A DNA stretch of 64,000 nt from assembly GCA_905178155.1 (NCBI GenBank), contig CAJINV010000002.1, forward strand, positions 12,285,621-12,349,620, in the 5' to 3' direction. The notes under the pieces were generated by a model that was given only the letters and a program-made list of their open reading frames with translations, made no database searches and was not told the origin of the DNA. The DNA comes from Amoebophrya sp. A120 (taxonomy: Eukaryota > Protista > Dinoflagellata). A program made the position numbers and the translations under genes. How positions within the stretch are numbered: position 1 is the stretch's first letter; the number at the start of each line of letters is the position of its first letter. Of the stretch, positions 62,096-64,000 are shown in pieces.

Positions 62096-63929
62096 TATGG
62101 ATGGACACTTGCCAGTTGCGGAACCATCCAGAGTTCGATACTGAGCGGAAAATAATTGCGCTCAGTATCGAAAATGCGCGTATTCGCAAGGCCACAGAGA
62201 CCGAAATCGGGTCGGGCCGATGGGTGTGACGCGTGGCCCGCAACGAACGAAGTCGCACGACCAAATCCCACACCCCCTGGCCCGCCCCAGCAGCCAAGGA
62301 AATTTGTAGTGCTGCCGACCCATTGCACCTACCCAAGTAATCGGCCGTGGGCGACAAGAGCTTGGCGCGCATTCCCTCCGCTGCAACGAAGCTAGCAGGT
62401 GGAGCCAGGACAGACGCACCACGGGCGCCGCGCGCGCCGCCGTTACAAAACCAAAGTCAAGGATAGCTTTGCTGCGGCACGGTCCGCGTCACAAGCTGCG
62501 GCGCCGTGAGTCAGTGCGACGGCAAGCAAGCAATTCCTCGGGCGCGGCTCCATCGATGCCGGGTGGGGCGGGCGCGGGCGGTCTGCGCTGCTCGGGCATT
62601 AAGGGGAGCAGGCAGAGGGCAGTCTGGCAGGCCGGCCAGACCTCACGGTGGCCGGCCGCGACGGACAGCCACGCCCTGGCGGCGGCAACGCAATTGACCA
62701 ACGCAGACGCTTTTTTTTGGCGCCGCGGGGCTGCAGCAGGGGGCGGGGGACCTCGGGGCAGAGCGGTCGCAACATTGCACAGACGGCCCATGCCGCATGC
62801 GGCATAGAGGGGCGCGACCCCTTCCTGGCCAAGCGGAGCGCGCAAATTTCCGCCGGGGCCTGCGCAAAAAAGGTAGCAGCGGTGGCTGCGAAGCCCACAC
62901 ATTCGCAGGCGTGAGGCCAAGAAAAACGGAGGCGCCACTCGGCATGCCCCACCGGCACATTTTGCGATCAGAGCGAAGAAACAGCTGCTGTGCGGGTGTT
63001 TCTTCCGCTGATCGGAAGAAACACCTGCACAGCGCCTGTTTCTTCGCTCCGATCGCAAAATATCGGCGGTGTCACGCGTTTCCGAGCGATCGACTTTTGG
63101 CTTGCGCGAACGCTGCGACGCGTTCTGCGCGGGCCGGAGTCGGGCGTGGAGGTGCGGCGCTTTTCCCCAGTGCGCGCGCGAGGGAACGGTGGGTCACGGG
63201 CGAAAAATATCAGCACATGTATACAATAAACGAGTCGCGACGCTGCCTCGGCCCGACAGGCCACCTAGAGTGCGCGCCTGCGCATGCACGCAACAACAAT
63301 AGGCAGCAAAATGGGCCCAAAGGGGGGCGGCGCCGAAGCTCACGCACTGAGTTGTGCCAGCACACGCCCCAGGCAGAACTAGTCGCAGAGACCCGAATCG
63401 CCGCGAGTGCGCTTTGGGCGATGCGTGGGTGGGACGGGGGGGGCGGGTCCAAGCAAGGGTGCGGCTGCGGCGCCCGGCCGGGTATAACCCGATGGCGGAC
63501 CCGGCCAGATCGCGCCAGCTCGCACACTCGCGCGCGGGCGAGACCTTTTGCAAAAGTTGCGTCCCCCGAGCTGGCGAAGCAGGCACGACGGGAATAACAC
63601 ACGCTGCGGGGCTGACGGCTCTGTTGCGGGGCTTCAAGTGGCGCATGAGCATGCGGCGCATCTGCTAGCCACCACCCAGGAAATATCTTACACAGAGATA
63701 CTGCGCGGGGCCGCGCGGCTAGGGCCTTTTTCCGGGCTAGGCGCGCCTTACCACAGTTACGTTGCAGTTGCGCGGGCTCTGGGAGAGCGCAGGCGAAGCG
63801 CCCGCCATAGCTACAAAACCCTTGAAAGTGGCTGCTTTTTTACGACTGCCCGCAAGCGCCTTTTGCGATTGATTTTGCGCTCAGTAGCGAACTCCCGATG
63901 GTTCCGCAACTGCATTGTGTCCGTGCATA
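62096..63929. mobile_element. 1.83-kb GC-rich non-autonomous TIR transposon with an 8-bp target-site duplication (hAT-like TSD length)
   Basis: About 60-bp imperfect TIR tatg.a.ggacac....cagttgcggaaccatc..gagttcg.tactgagcg.aaaat. Perfect duplication aaagtaat at 62088-62095 and 63930-63937. Confidence 0.9.
62959..63061. repeat. Hairpin with 49-bp arms and a 5-nt loop
   Basis: Arms 62959-63007 and 63013-63061 have 4 mismatches. Loop ctgat. Confidence 0.92.
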
Positions 63930-64000
63930 AAAGTAATTCTGTATTGAAGGCCAGTAAGACGGCGTCGTCGTTCGTTTTTGTTTCCAAAGAAGATGAAAAT

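Overview
Eukaryotic, intron-containing genomic DNA. All ~13 recognisable genes lie on the minus strand. The architecture (one-way gene block; non-canonical introns bounded by inverted and short direct repeats) resembles the syndinian dinoflagellate parasite Amoebophrya, but the taxon is an inference. The dominant signal is 15 MITE-like introner elements (14 complete, 1 cut by the window edge) in about 7 TIR families. All have TAT...ATA ends. All 14 complete copies have 5-bp flanking direct repeats and sit in coding exons. Removing the element plus one repeat restores the reading frame, no register gives GT-AG, and copies of one family occur in both orientations. Ten of the 14 sit in pairs flanking 36-91 bp micro-exons. 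Two large GC-rich TIR elements without a recognisable gene (5.15 kb and 1.83 kb) each carry a long hairpin at their midpoint. Genes include a cyclic-nucleotide-gated-type channel with a degenerate pore, TTLL9, a large protein joining a dynein MTBD-like domain to a Nup98-type S59 domain, a DMT/SLC35 transporter, a sulfotransferase, a MIB/HERC2 protein, a methyltransferase, an Rdx/EF-hand protein, an amino-acid permease with a large loop insertion and an HPR/OPR-like repeat protein. Domain calls are by eye, without database searches.
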